From Nemertoderma westbladi (Eukaryota > Animalia > Xenacoelomorpha), in contig JAUCBJ010007101.1 in the NCBI GenBank assembly GCA_032718475.1, forward strand, positions 55,381 to 119,380: a DNA stretch of 64,000 nt, given 5' to 3'. Positions within the stretch are counted from its first letter, which is position 1. Every line of letters begins with the position of its first letter. Below are positions 1 through 10,858 of this stretch, piece by piece. The position numbers and the translations under genes were made by a program. Under the pieces are notes generated by a model that was not told where the DNA came from, made no database searches, and saw only the letters and a list, made by a program, of their open reading frames with translations.

Positions 1-2584
1 GGTTAACGTTATGCACTCTCGTTCTTTCTTCGGGCTTTCTTCCGTGAATTCTCTTAGGAGACGTAGGAGGAGTTGTTGTTACCTGTTCTCTCCTGTCACT
101 GGTTCGAGACTTGTATTTACTTACGTCTTTATAGGTCTTGTTATCATAGTAAGATTTTGCTGTGTCTTTCCCGCTGTCCTCTTCTTGAGAAGCTTGGCTT
201 TCGCCGTCGTCAGTATAACACACTGGTATTATCCTTCTCCTAGAAACGGGTTTCTCACTTACCTTATTTTCCGATGTTTTCTCTCTGGACTGCCTTATGA
301 GTTGTAATTTTACTTCACTATCTAAGAAGGACATGAGATCAGCCATGGTAGGACTTCGTCGTTGTTGTTCATTCATGTACAACACTTTCTTGTCCCAGCG
401 TGTACATACTCCACCCTTTGGTAAAGTAGAGACTACGGCTCCAATAACCATGGAACTCTGATATTCATGCGACTTACCTAACCAGTCCAGTTGTCTACAG
501 ATTTCCTGATTTTCATCAGAAAACTCTATAATCCCGCTACTAAGGAAGTGTCGAGGGGCTACTAATTTTGCATACAAATACTTAGCTATGTTATCCTTGT
601 TACCATACCTGATGTTTAATGTATCCCAAACTTGTCTTAATCCTTCTGGATGTCCAATAAACTTTAACGCCATTAACTTGGGAGGTCCTTCCAAGCACTT
701 GCTGAGGAACCTAAGTTTCTCTTCGTTAGATAGCACAGAGTTCTGTATGCTGTCTTTGTAATATTCGTTGAAAGGTAACCATTTCATCTCATCTCCATTG
801 AATTTGACGATCTCTCCCACTTTGACCGCTTGGCGGGCTTCTGTTCTAGCCATCTGACGCGTAAAGCTTTCTTGGGCCATCGTGTTATTTAATATCGAAT
901 TATCGGTATATAAAATTCTCGGATCATTATCAGGTCTATAGGGAATATCATTAATAACAGGTCTATAATCACCCTTAATAGGGTTTGCTATAGGAGTTTC
1001 AACTTCACTAGCAGTATATATGCGTGTAGGCTCCACACCTTGCGCATGTATTACTTCAGACCTAACAGGTTGACACAATGTTACAGGGGGTATTGGTATG
1101 CCCTTTTGTATATTGACTAATTTGTCGCGTTCTAGCGCGATACTTTGCTGCACTTCTTGCAACTCTGCTCTACCTTCCCTCACTGTTCCCTTAAGTTGGT
1201 GGACAGTCTCCTGCATCTGTCCTAGCAGGAGATTCATCCCCCGCCGTCCCTCTTCCACCCACTCAACCGCCGAAGCGGGAGTCGCCAACATAGTAGCGGG
1301 CTGACGCGGGACGACGGGAGACAAATTTTTGATTTCTCTCTCTGCTATCTGGACAGGGATATTCTCTTGGACTGTTCTACCGGGTACAGGCAGTGTAGTA
1401 CTATGTAAAGGGAATTTAGAGTTAAGCTCTGGAAGTACAGGGGTCTCTAACACAGAAGTGACTTTGGGAACGACAGGCCTAATTATTTCAGGCTCATCAA
1501 CTATTGTAGGGAGTCTTTTGACCTTAATACTTTGGGCTGTAGGTTCTATACTACTCAAGTCTGTGCTAGCTAGCTGTCTTCTAACAGCTGGGGGCAAATC
1601 AGGCAATTTGCGACGGTAAGATGTTTTTCTACGCCTACTTAGATGAGATCTATTTCCTCCGCCTTCAGGATCGGTGGTCTCGCCTTCCTCCGAGGATGTG
1701 TATCCCTGGCGCTTGGGAGTAGATTTTCTCATCATCTGCATTTGTTTAGCAGTAAACTGTTTATTTATACTGTCTTGCGTCTCTTGCAGATTTTCCAACT
1801 CCAGTTGGATAGTCTCCTCAGAAGCTCTCCGTTCTGCTTCTGCCACCTTTCTTTCGGCTTCTGCTTCTGCTTCTGCTGCCTTTACTGCTGCTGCCTTTCG
1901 GTTCTCTATCTGTTTTTTCTTTATTTGTTCTTCTTGGACTCTAACGAGGCGGAGTTTTTCATCAAATTTAGCTTGTTCTGCAGCTAACATTTCCGCATCG
2001 ATTGCGTCCAACACAAGCTTGGTTCTTTCACTATTAGGGCGAAGTCCAGACAGTCGTCTCCTCAACTCTTCGTCTCCTATGAATCGCTGATAGTCTGACA
2101 GATAGATGTCAATGGCGTCTCTAGTTCGCGGCTTCTCTGCTGTTAATTCGCTTTCCACTTCGCTTTCCACTTGAGAAGAAGTGGCGTCGGTTGATTCTTC
2201 ATAGGTTGGCCGTTCATCATAAACCGTATCCACCATCTTCGCTCCGCGTTCGGGCGTCCGCTCAGCAGTATCCGAACTACTGGAGCTATCGGGCCGCTGA
2301 GAACTAGGTTCTAGGCTAGGATGTTGCTGCTGTTTGACAGCGGCTTCTTGATCCCGCTTGACTTGGGCCCGAGTACCGATGATAGACCTATGTTGTTCTA
2401 CCAGCCTAGGGTCTGACACTACTACTGTAGGGATGGCCTTTTTTACAATAGTAGGTGACTTAGACTTGGATCTAGGATGTTCTATACTTGGATCTGGGTC
2501 ACTGATCTTTTTAAGGCACTGTCTAACAGTCATTCTAACACTTTCTAAGAGACTATCCGACAGTGATTGGGTTGTGTCTGACAT
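1..2584 (-). CDS. gag: BEL/Pao Gag (partial, apparently open to window edge)
   Basis: ATG at 2584 (MSDTTQSLSDSLL...); frame matches the 1386-aa ORF of copy C including KFNGDEMKWLPF...EKLRF..KCLEGPP; absent from the ORF track because it runs off the window. Confidence 0.88.
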   Translation of the reverse strand, partial: MSDTTQSLSDSLLESVRMTVRQCLKKISDPDPSIEHPRSKSKSPTIVKKAIPTVVVSDPRLVEQHRSIIGTRAQVKRDQEAAVKQQQHPSLEPSSQRPDSSSSSDTAERTPERGAKMVDTVYDERPTYEESTDATSSQVESEVESELTAEKPRTRDAIDIYLSDYQRFIGDEELRRRLSGLRPNSERTKLVLDAIDAEMLAAEQAKFDEKLRLVRVQEEQIKKKQIENRKAAAVKAAEAEAEAERKVAEAERRASEETIQLELENLQETQDSINKQFTAKQMQMMRKSTPKRQGYTSSEEGETTDPEGGGNRSHLSRRRKTSYRRKLPDLPPAVRRQLASTDLSSIEPTAQSIKVKRLPTIVDEPEIIRPVVPKVTSVLETPVLPELNSKFPLHSTTLPVPGRTVQENIPVQIAEREIKNLSPVVPRQPATMLATPASAVEWVEEGRRGMNLLLGQMQETVHQLKGTVREGRAELQEVQQSIALERDKLVNIQKGIPIPPVTLCQPVRSEVIHAQGVEPTRIYTASEVETPIANPIKGDYRPVINDIPYRPDNDPRILYTDNSILNNTMAQESFTRQMARTEARQAVKVGEIVKFNGDEMKWLPFNEYYKDSIQNSVLSNEEKLRFLSKCLEGPPKLMALKFIGHPEGLRQVWDTLNIRYGNKDNIAKYLYAKLVAPRHFLSSGIIEFSDENQEICRQLDWLGKSHEYQSSMVIGAVVSTLPKGGVCTRWDKKVLYMNEQQRRSPTMADLMSFLDSEVKLQLIRQSREKTSENKVSEKPVSRRRIIPVCYTDDGESQASQEEDSGKDTAKSYYDNKTYKDVSKYKSRTSDRREQVTTTPPTSPKRIHGRKPEERTRVHNVN

Positions 2585-4771
2585 GTTTGTTTACACAGTT
2601 GAATGCCTACGGCTATAAATACAGTTAAAGCAAGTCTAGCAATTCAGTATCACTGTTAGCCTAGTACCGGTAATTACAGTATTAGAATACCGGTATATAC
2701 TTATAGTATGTATAAGTATTGTAAACTAGTTTTGTCACAGAGTACCGGTATATAAATTTAGCACAAATATATATAAATATATAATAGGCCTATCGTGAAT
2801 ACCGGTATGCAGCTTACACTTATAGTATATCAGTATAATTTTGGACTAGAATTAATTACAGAGTACCGGTATGATTTCAGCTCAAATTTATAGAAATAAA
2901 TCTAATAAGCCTATGGTAAATACCGGTATGTCAATTATTTTAGAATAATTGAATTTCTGAATATTTTAGGGTTACTTGGTTACTTTAACTTACTTTATTA
3001 CCGTTATTTAAGCAGTAGTCCAACTGATATGGAGACCTAGTTGTTGTATGGCAGGCCTACTATTTATAAATCGTTTGAGTTGATTTATAATAGATATATA
3101 CCCGTTTAAAATGGGTTTGTCAATACTTGAAATAAATGTTATTATTTCTGGGGGTTCACTACACAGAAGCTGTGCGCTCTCAGTGAAGTGCTATTTATTT
3201 GACACTAAAACTGATAATTCTAATTTACCTAAGTTACTTAATACTACAAATTACTTACGATACGGGTGAGATTAAATCTCTAATTAACCACAACAAAAAA
3301 TATTACGTACGAATTTTTAGGGTAATTTTACAGGAAGTCTACAAACCAGCCTAACAAAGGGTTAGATTTCTGGTTATTACAACGGACAGGGTACTACGGT
3401 ATTTGAAAATAATAAGTAGTAGTAAATATATTGCACTGTCCAGATAGGAAAATACCACCGCCTGACGACCTATAACCGTATCGCTATAGGTACTACGTTA
3501 TGTATCACGGATTGTTCCTACCTAGAAGTTAATTACCGCGGACTACCAGATCCAGCGTGCCTATTAACCACTTTACAACACAAATATACTGCCTACACAC
3601 TAATTACTTCGGAAAGCACTGTACACTAAACCCTAAATTAGGTACAAGTATTGGTATAACAAATAATCAGCAGTTAAATATACTTGAACAGTTAAAAGAA
3701 CCACGGCATCTGCTGGAGTGACCGAAGCACAAAGTCACCAGTCTTTACCTACGCCAAGCAGCCCGTGTAGTACCGGGGTTAATTTAACTATAACGGTATG
3801 TGTAACAAACACAATTACTGTAGGAATAAACTTGGGGACATGAATGTTGCGAATAATCGCATAAACTCTGAATAATAAATATTACGCTACCCGTACAGAA
3901 TACTCAAACAAATACAAACCAAAACGCTGGCAGACTACCACCAAGCCTAAATAAACTACCGTACGTGTAGATTCTGAAATAGTTAGTTAGTATGCGTTCT
4001 AACACGGTAGTACGACTTATTCTTTAAGAGGGGATTGACCTTACCGCTATGGCTGCCCCAACTTACTAACGGAGCTTTATCAGACAAACTCTACACACGC
4101 AGCAATCTCTTCAGGCCTAATAATAGCTAGACAACAATCCAGCCTACAAAATATCTGAGTAATAACTATTACGGTACCCGAACAGACCACACAAACAAAC
4201 ACAGGCCAAAACACTGGCAGAATACTGTCAAGCCTAAATAAACTACAGTATGTGCAGATTCCAAAACGGTTAGTTAGTATGCGTTCTAACACGGTAGTAC
4301 GACTTATTCTTTAAGAGGGGATTGACCTTACAGCGATGGCTGCCCCAACTTACTAACTGGCACTCTATCGGACAAACTCTACACACGCCGTAATCTCTCC
4401 AAACCCAACAACAATCTAACAACAGTCTGGCCTACAATTATCTGAACAATCTGAGCAGACTTACACGTCTTCAGCTCAATATTAACTTACTAGGAAATAA
4501 AACTGACAGAAATAAGTAAACTATACAAAAGAATGAGGGGTGATCAATCCCTATTCCTCTGGTAGCCTACAATATACTATAGATCACAATCGAAATAATA
4601 CTAATGTACTTATACTGGAAGTACCGGTTAGGACAGTTGGGCCTACAGACCTACAGAAGTACCGGTTCTGGCAGTTGGGCCTACTGACCTACAGAAGTAC
4701 CGGTTCAGGTTTACCGGTTGACCAGTACTTTCAACTTTATTGCTTACTGCAATAAAGTCAATGACTGTTAT

Positions 4772-6052
4772 TGTACGCGCTTTTGAAGACCTTTAGCAGT
4801 TTAACCTGCCAAAATTTATATGTCTTTTGATTTATAAATATACTTTAGAAGATGACAAATATTTAATACCAATAAACACAACATTAGCAGAAGCCAGCCT
4901 AGTGCGCGTCCATTCACCCGCTGGATAATCCCGGGAGGCTGGATTCTGTCGGCTTAGATTATTATTGCAGTGAAGCTTACGGTATTGTATTATTCGATTG
5001 ATCGTTAATAATTAATTTCTGACTAATATTATTCACTTTCGGGAAATATTAACAGTTCCTTTTAGGACGTGGCGCTCTATCTAAGTAAACAGAGATATGA
5101 CTTATACTAATCACAACGGTAAGTCGGTAAGGCTTATGATTCACGTATGAGGCGCATTCTTTAGGAAATGCTTAGTTATCAGCCACAATCATGCACACTA
5201 CCGGTAACGCACAATACTGCTCACTAATTTGCCGACCGTCAATGAATTTTATCATATATAAAGAGAATAGCAACGGACTCATGTAGGGCTTATCAAATAG
5301 CATTAAATTCAATACACACCACAATAATATAAGTCGCAATCGCTATATATATAACCCGCCTCTCTAACCTGTAGTGTATCAAGAAAATTGGGAAATTTGG
5401 GTTCTTTATAAATGTTCTCCAAATAATATTCAATCCACTGATATAAGATATGACAACAGTAAAAACATTAAGACGGTAGGTTAAGATATGATATGAACAG
5501 ATATGTACAGCGATATGCACTGATATGGACCGATATGTGAGTTGTTATGAACCGTAAGACTGATAACAGTCATACGCTCTATAATCTTAAGCCTACTAAT
5601 GTTTCTTGCTAGAGCCGTTGTTTCTGGCTTAGACAGCAATAACAACAAAGTATCAGTAAAAAACTGTAAGACTGAACACTCTCCCTATGATCGACCGAAA
5701 AGCTACACGTCGACAGGAAAAATCGCTCTGATTGGCTCAAGCCAAACAAAGAACCATGCGTCCAATGGCTGTTTCCATGTCAGCAACCAGCTGTTAGATG
5801 TCGTAATATGAATCATCACGGCTAAGCTATGAAAGGTATTTTTCGCATTGCAGGTTTTTTGCCTTACCATGTCCGCTAAAACACGTATATAGCAGAATGA
5901 CTTTTATGTCCGTTAAAACACCTGTAACGGTACCTTGCGGGCGAGGGGAATATATATACAGTTAGAGAACCTTTTTTAGAGTATTCCAGCGCCTGGGGGG
6001 AAACTGGATTGCGAAGCAAAAGGGCCAGTTATATCCCACAGAAGCTTTTACA
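4772..6052 (-). repeat. 5' LTR of copy A (1281 bp)
   Basis: Sense TGTAAAAGCTTCTGTGGG...AAAAGCGCGTACA; homologous to LTRs at 44346-45578 and 55635-56867. Confidence 0.93.
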
Positions 6053-6156
6053 ATCCCACACTTAAAATGAAAATCATCACATCCATCACTGATCACTCTT
6101 ATTTGTTTCGGCAATTAATAATAGTATTGGTACGGTGTTAATATGTTTTATTATTA

Positions 6157-6846
6157 TTAAGTTCCCATTTGTTGGCTCTGTAGTGTATCGTTCATATGAC
6201 TATCAGTGCTACTAGCTAATGGACTGTAACTATTAACGTTCCGTTGTGATTTAATCCAACTGGCTTTACTACGGAACATCGCCAAACGGAACCACGGAAT
6301 ATTCCGTCTGTCAGACCCCCAGGATGGGGAAAGGGACACCATATCGGACAGACTGAAACCGGTCGAATGGAGATACATCACCGGGTAGAAAATCAACGGC
6401 GTAACCAGGACAACCGCCAGTGTGAGTATTACCCACGGGTCGTATTTCTTTATCGCTTTGCAACGGTACTCTATGGACCACAACAATCTTGTGTGATTCA
6501 TCGCGTCAAAAACATCGAAACAAACATTTCTTTCGCCACCATCCATCTCCGAACTATTCTTGTAACGTCTGTTTGAATCTTTATAAAGCGTTTCGCATGC
6601 TTCACAAACTGTGCAGTTAACTCCAGCGATGCACATGTTGATAGGGTTGACTTCCTTGTGGTCCTCAAAACAACTTTTGACGATTTCAACATCTTTAATG
6701 AAGTCCAGGGTTGTCTTGGTAATTGCGTGGTGGACAGTCCCATTGATAGTGACATTACGGAAACACGCGTCGCAATGCGATTCGTACCAAAGTTTCTTTA
6801 CGAATGTAAAGGATAAACGTATTGGGTTTGAGACTGGCGTCGTTGA
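6157..6846 (-). CDS. 229-codon open frame resembling a Cys-rich single-pass membrane glycoprotein fragment
   Basis: Frame of track ORF 6157-6636 stays open upstream to the stop at 6847-6849; sequons NVT, NGT, NCT, NSS, NHT; hydrophobic WVILTLAVVLVTPLIFYPVMYL followed by a polar tail; no family recognised. Confidence 0.4.
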   Translation of the reverse strand, partial: STTPVSNPIRLSFTFVKKLWYESHCDACFRNVTINGTVHHAITKTTLDFIKDVEIVKSCFEDHKEVNPINMCIAGVNCTVCEACETLYKDSNRRYKNSSEMDGGERNVCFDVFDAMNHTRLLWSIEYRCKAIKKYDPWVILTLAVVLVTPLIFYPVMYLHSTGFSLSDMVSLSPSWGSDRRNIPWFRLAMFRSKASWIKSQRNVNSYSPLASSTDSHMNDTLQSQQMGT

Positions 6847-7229
6847 TTATTTTGTTACAAACTGGATTCCTTTGGATGGATTTGTAAACGTCTACGAACC
6901 CTTCGAACGCATAGTGTTGCACTGAGGTGCACACTAACATTTCCTGTTCTTATTTCTCCTAAGTAGGAAAACAGCCAATGAGGTACAAGCAGTGAGAAAG
7001 AGGGTATATTAAGCGTTCATTTGATTGGTCACTTGACATATTTAGTCCAGCTGGTAACTCAATGATGTAATTTAAATATTGTATATCCATAATTGTAAAT
7101 TTCTTGAATTTCAACAAATTTAGCTTCCGGTAGAAAGTTACATAGACAGTCTGGAGGTCTGAAAAAATTCATAATAATAATAAAATATGTATTTGTTCAT
7201 AAAATAACATTAACTTTCCATATAATATC

Positions 7230-8887
7230 TGTTAGGGGCGCGCAGACCTGAAAAACTGACCGTTGCACAAATGCAACATCATGCAGGAAGGTACAAAATT
7301 TGTTCGGCTGATTGTTCAGAAATTTAGGTTGATTTTATACATTTATGTTAATTATTGAGTTAATTTGGGTGTCTATTACATGGCTTCCTCGAAATTGACT
7401 TCAATTTCATTAGGTCATTAGGGGGGGGGGGGGGTGGGGAATGTGCGGGTCGCGCTACTTCAATAATTTTTTGCAAAATTTTTTTTTTATTTCATCTAGA
7501 GCAGAATTTTATCAAGATTCCAAATTTGAAATCCGACTAGCAAGATCTGTCTCACTTCTCGAGATATGGTTTCCTGTCCATTTTACTGTCGGTTTTGTCC
7601 GTCAGTTCAAAGTCTGTCGGTCAATACAAATCAGACTATCTTTCTAAAAATTCCCTGAAAGGGTTTTCGTGGTCGGTAACTTAATTTATTATGTCATAAA
7701 TCAAATTTGGCCTTGTCGGTTCTGTCTGTATGCCTGTCAAAATATAACCGACAGTCTGACAACCAAACAGACAATTTGGAAGTCATAAAATGTTAAGATT
7801 GACACTAGAAATGAATTCTGCGACCAAGAAAACCCCTATAGCTAAACTTTTAGCTAAATGGTGTGCCTTATATATTTGACAGACAGATAGTCGGATAGTC
7901 TGATAGACCGACAGACAGACACACACTAGATTTCATTAAAAGTGAAAACTGACCTCAGAAATGAAATCAGCGACCAGGAAAACCCCATAGCAAAATTCTT
8001 AGCATGGTTTTGTGCTTTCTTGTTACTAGATATATATTGACAGACATTCACACATATTATGATAATTAAAACTTACTAACGAAATAAGACAATAATAAGA
8101 CAATAATAGGAAGAAAGCTAGTGGGGGGAAGGGGTGTAGTTACCTACTGCAAAGTAAAGAAGTGACACTGAAAATAGTGAAAGATAAGAAGTGGTACTTG
8201 AAAAATAAAAACGGTTTCTTAGATTTACAAAAAAAATAGAAAACATTTAGAACCCTTATAAATCGTATAACGCGGGAAACAATATGTCACACAACAATTA
8301 CTATTGGATATATTTTCAAAATTTTGTGCCGGGCACCAAATTTTACACCCACCGCCAAAATATGCGATTTTGAAAGGTCTAGTGACCCCAAGATGTCACA
8401 ATAAATTTATCTATTGGAAGTATTTTCAAAAATTGGAGCTGGCACCTAATTTTGCACCCACCACCGAAATATACAATTTTGAGATGTCTAGTGTCATTTT
8501 TATTAATTGCATTACTTTCAGAATCGCCATAAACCAGTATAACGCAATATGTTAAACAATATAAAAATAAATAAAAATAAACAAAAAAAACATTAAAAAA
8601 AATTATTATACTTTGAAAAAATTTCCCGATTTTTTCCCGAATTCCCAAAGTTCCAGAATTTTACAAAAATGTCAGAGTGTTTTATAATGGAGACCGCCGG
8701 GTAGTAACTAAATTTTGAAAAAAAATAGAAGTCTTTTCCCAGAGAGGTCTGTTTTCGAGCAAAAGTCGGTACCCACTGGTACGGATTTGCCACATTACCT
8801 TTCGCTAGGGAGGGGGCAAGCCCCCCCCCCCCACGATACCTGGGGAGGGGCAAATGCCCCCTTGCCCCCCCCCTAGAACCGCCACTG
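7230..8887. mobile_element. Non-coding DNA-transposon/MITE-like debris truncating the 5' LTR of copy B
   Basis: Ends in CCCCCCTAGAACCGCCACTG (reverse complement CAGTGGCGGTTCTAGGGG, TIR-like) abutting LTR sequence; internal direct repeats (~7800-7855 and ~7952-8005), GACA microsatellite, G/C runs; left boundary uncertain. Confidence 0.45.
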
Positions 8888-9330
8888 ATTAGTGTGAATT
8901 AGTGTGAAGTAGTGTGAATGAAAGTAGTGTGAAAGCATTTCCTAAAGAATGCGCTATTTGTGAGATTCTATAGCCATCTAGTTGTGATTAGTGTAAGTCA
9001 TAACTCTGTTTTATACTTAAAACGCCACGTCCCAAAGGAACTGTTAATATTTCCCCGAAAGTAAATATAGTTGTCGGAGATTATATAGTAGCATATAGTA
9101 TAGTATATATAGATTATATAGTATATCGAATGATACAAAGTTACCTACACTGCAATAAATTTCTCTGGACCCGAATCCAGTCACACAGTGGGTGATACGC
9201 TGCACACGGGCTGGTTTCAGCGGATGTAAATTCAGTACACCAGGTAATTGGTAAGGGCAAAAGTCGATTTATAATTAAAAGGACATTTAAATTGGCAGGT
9301 TAACTGCTAAAATGTCTAAAAGCGTGAACA
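8888..9330 (+). repeat. 3' part of the 5' LTR of copy B
   Basis: Ends AAAAGCGTGAACA; closely matches ~40570-40991. Confidence 0.88.
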
Positions 9331-10858
9331 TTAATAGATTTAGTTTCTTTTATTGCTCAGTAGGCAATAAAACCGAAACGTACCGGTCGGACGGTAGATT
9401 GTAGGCCTAGTTAATCCGAACCGGTACTTTACCCAGTATTATTTGATTGTGAAATATTGTATATTGTAGGTTGTTGGGGGATTAGGGATTGATCACCCCT
9501 TACTCCTTGTATGGTTTACTTATTCCTGTCAGTTTTATTTATCGGTAAGTGTAATATTGTGCAGAAGGTGTGTAAGCCTGCTCAGATTGTATAAATAACT
9601 TGTAGGCCGGATTGTTGTCTGATTGTTGTTAGGTCTGAGGTGATTACAGTGTATGTAGGGTGTCTGTCCGATAAAGTGCTAGTTAGGAAGTGGAGGCATC
9701 CAGTGCTATAAGGTAAACCCTCCACGAAGGAATAAGTCGTACTACGTAGTCGAGAACGCTTACTTAACCATTTCGGAGATTGCATATACTGTGGTTTATT
9801 TAGGCTTGACGGTAGTCTGCCAGCATTTGGTCTGTGTTTTATTTGAATAGTCTGTTCGGGTAGCGTAATATTTATTATTCAGAGTTTATGCAAGTAATTT
9901 GCAACCTTCATGTCCTCAAGTTTATTCCTTACAGTAATTATGCTTGTTATGCATACTGTTATAGTTAAATTAACCCCGGTACTACTTCAGGGCTGCTTGG
10001 CGTAGGACAGACTGGTGATTTAGTGCTCCGGTCACTCCAGCAGATACCGTGGTTCTTTTGGCTGTTCACTTATATTTAACTGCAAGTTATATGTTGTATA
10101 AGTGCTAGTACCTAATTTAGAGTTTAGAGTACTGTCAGTCTGTAAGAACCAGAAATTCTAACCCATTGTTAGTCTGGTTCGAAAAACTCTTATTAAATTA
10201 CCCTAAAAATTGTACGTGTAACTTGTTCATTGTTTATTTAGAGATTGTGTAATCTCAACCCGATACGTAAGTAATTTGTAGTGATAAGTAACTTAGTTAA
10301 GTAGAATTATCAGTATCTAGTGTCCAACAAGTAGCACTCCACTGAGAGCATCCAACCTCTGTGTAGTGACTTCTTACTCAGAAATAATAACATTTATTTC
10401 AAATATTGACAAACCCATCACGGGTATATATATATATATATTTATAAATTAACTCAATCAGATTTATAAATTAATAGGCCTGTTATACATCAATTAGGTC
10501 TTAATATTAGTTGAACCTACTGCTTAATATCAGTCATAAGGTAAAGGGAAATAATTCCTAAAAATTTGGATAATCAGTTATTTTTAAATTATTGACATTA
10601 CCGGTGTTTACAGTAAGCTTATTATATATTTATATAAATTAGGCTAAACTTATATACCGGTATTCTGTGACTGACCCTAGTCTGTAGTAATACTTTTATA
10701 TATACTATAGGTGTATACCGGTATTCTAACACTAGATATATATACCATGTTACATGAGTAGCAATATCGGTAACTACGAGACTGACAGTTGATACTGATT
10801 TCCCCTAGACTTACTTTAACTGTTATTATCGTGATAGGCATTCAACTGTTAACAAATT

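Larger units (their letters stand above)
1..6052 (-). mobile_element. BEL/Pao LTR retrotransposon copy A (5' half; continues beyond window start)
   Basis: 5' LTR 4772-6052, ~2.2-kb leader, then a gag ORF near-identical to those of copies C and F; outer flank ATCCC (6053-6057). Confidence 0.93.

Noticed and set aside
11-2618. Short plus-strand ORFs here, and similar antisense ORFs over the other gag, pol and RT regions
   Set aside because: Antisense shadows of TE coding sequence; they recur only because the element is repeated
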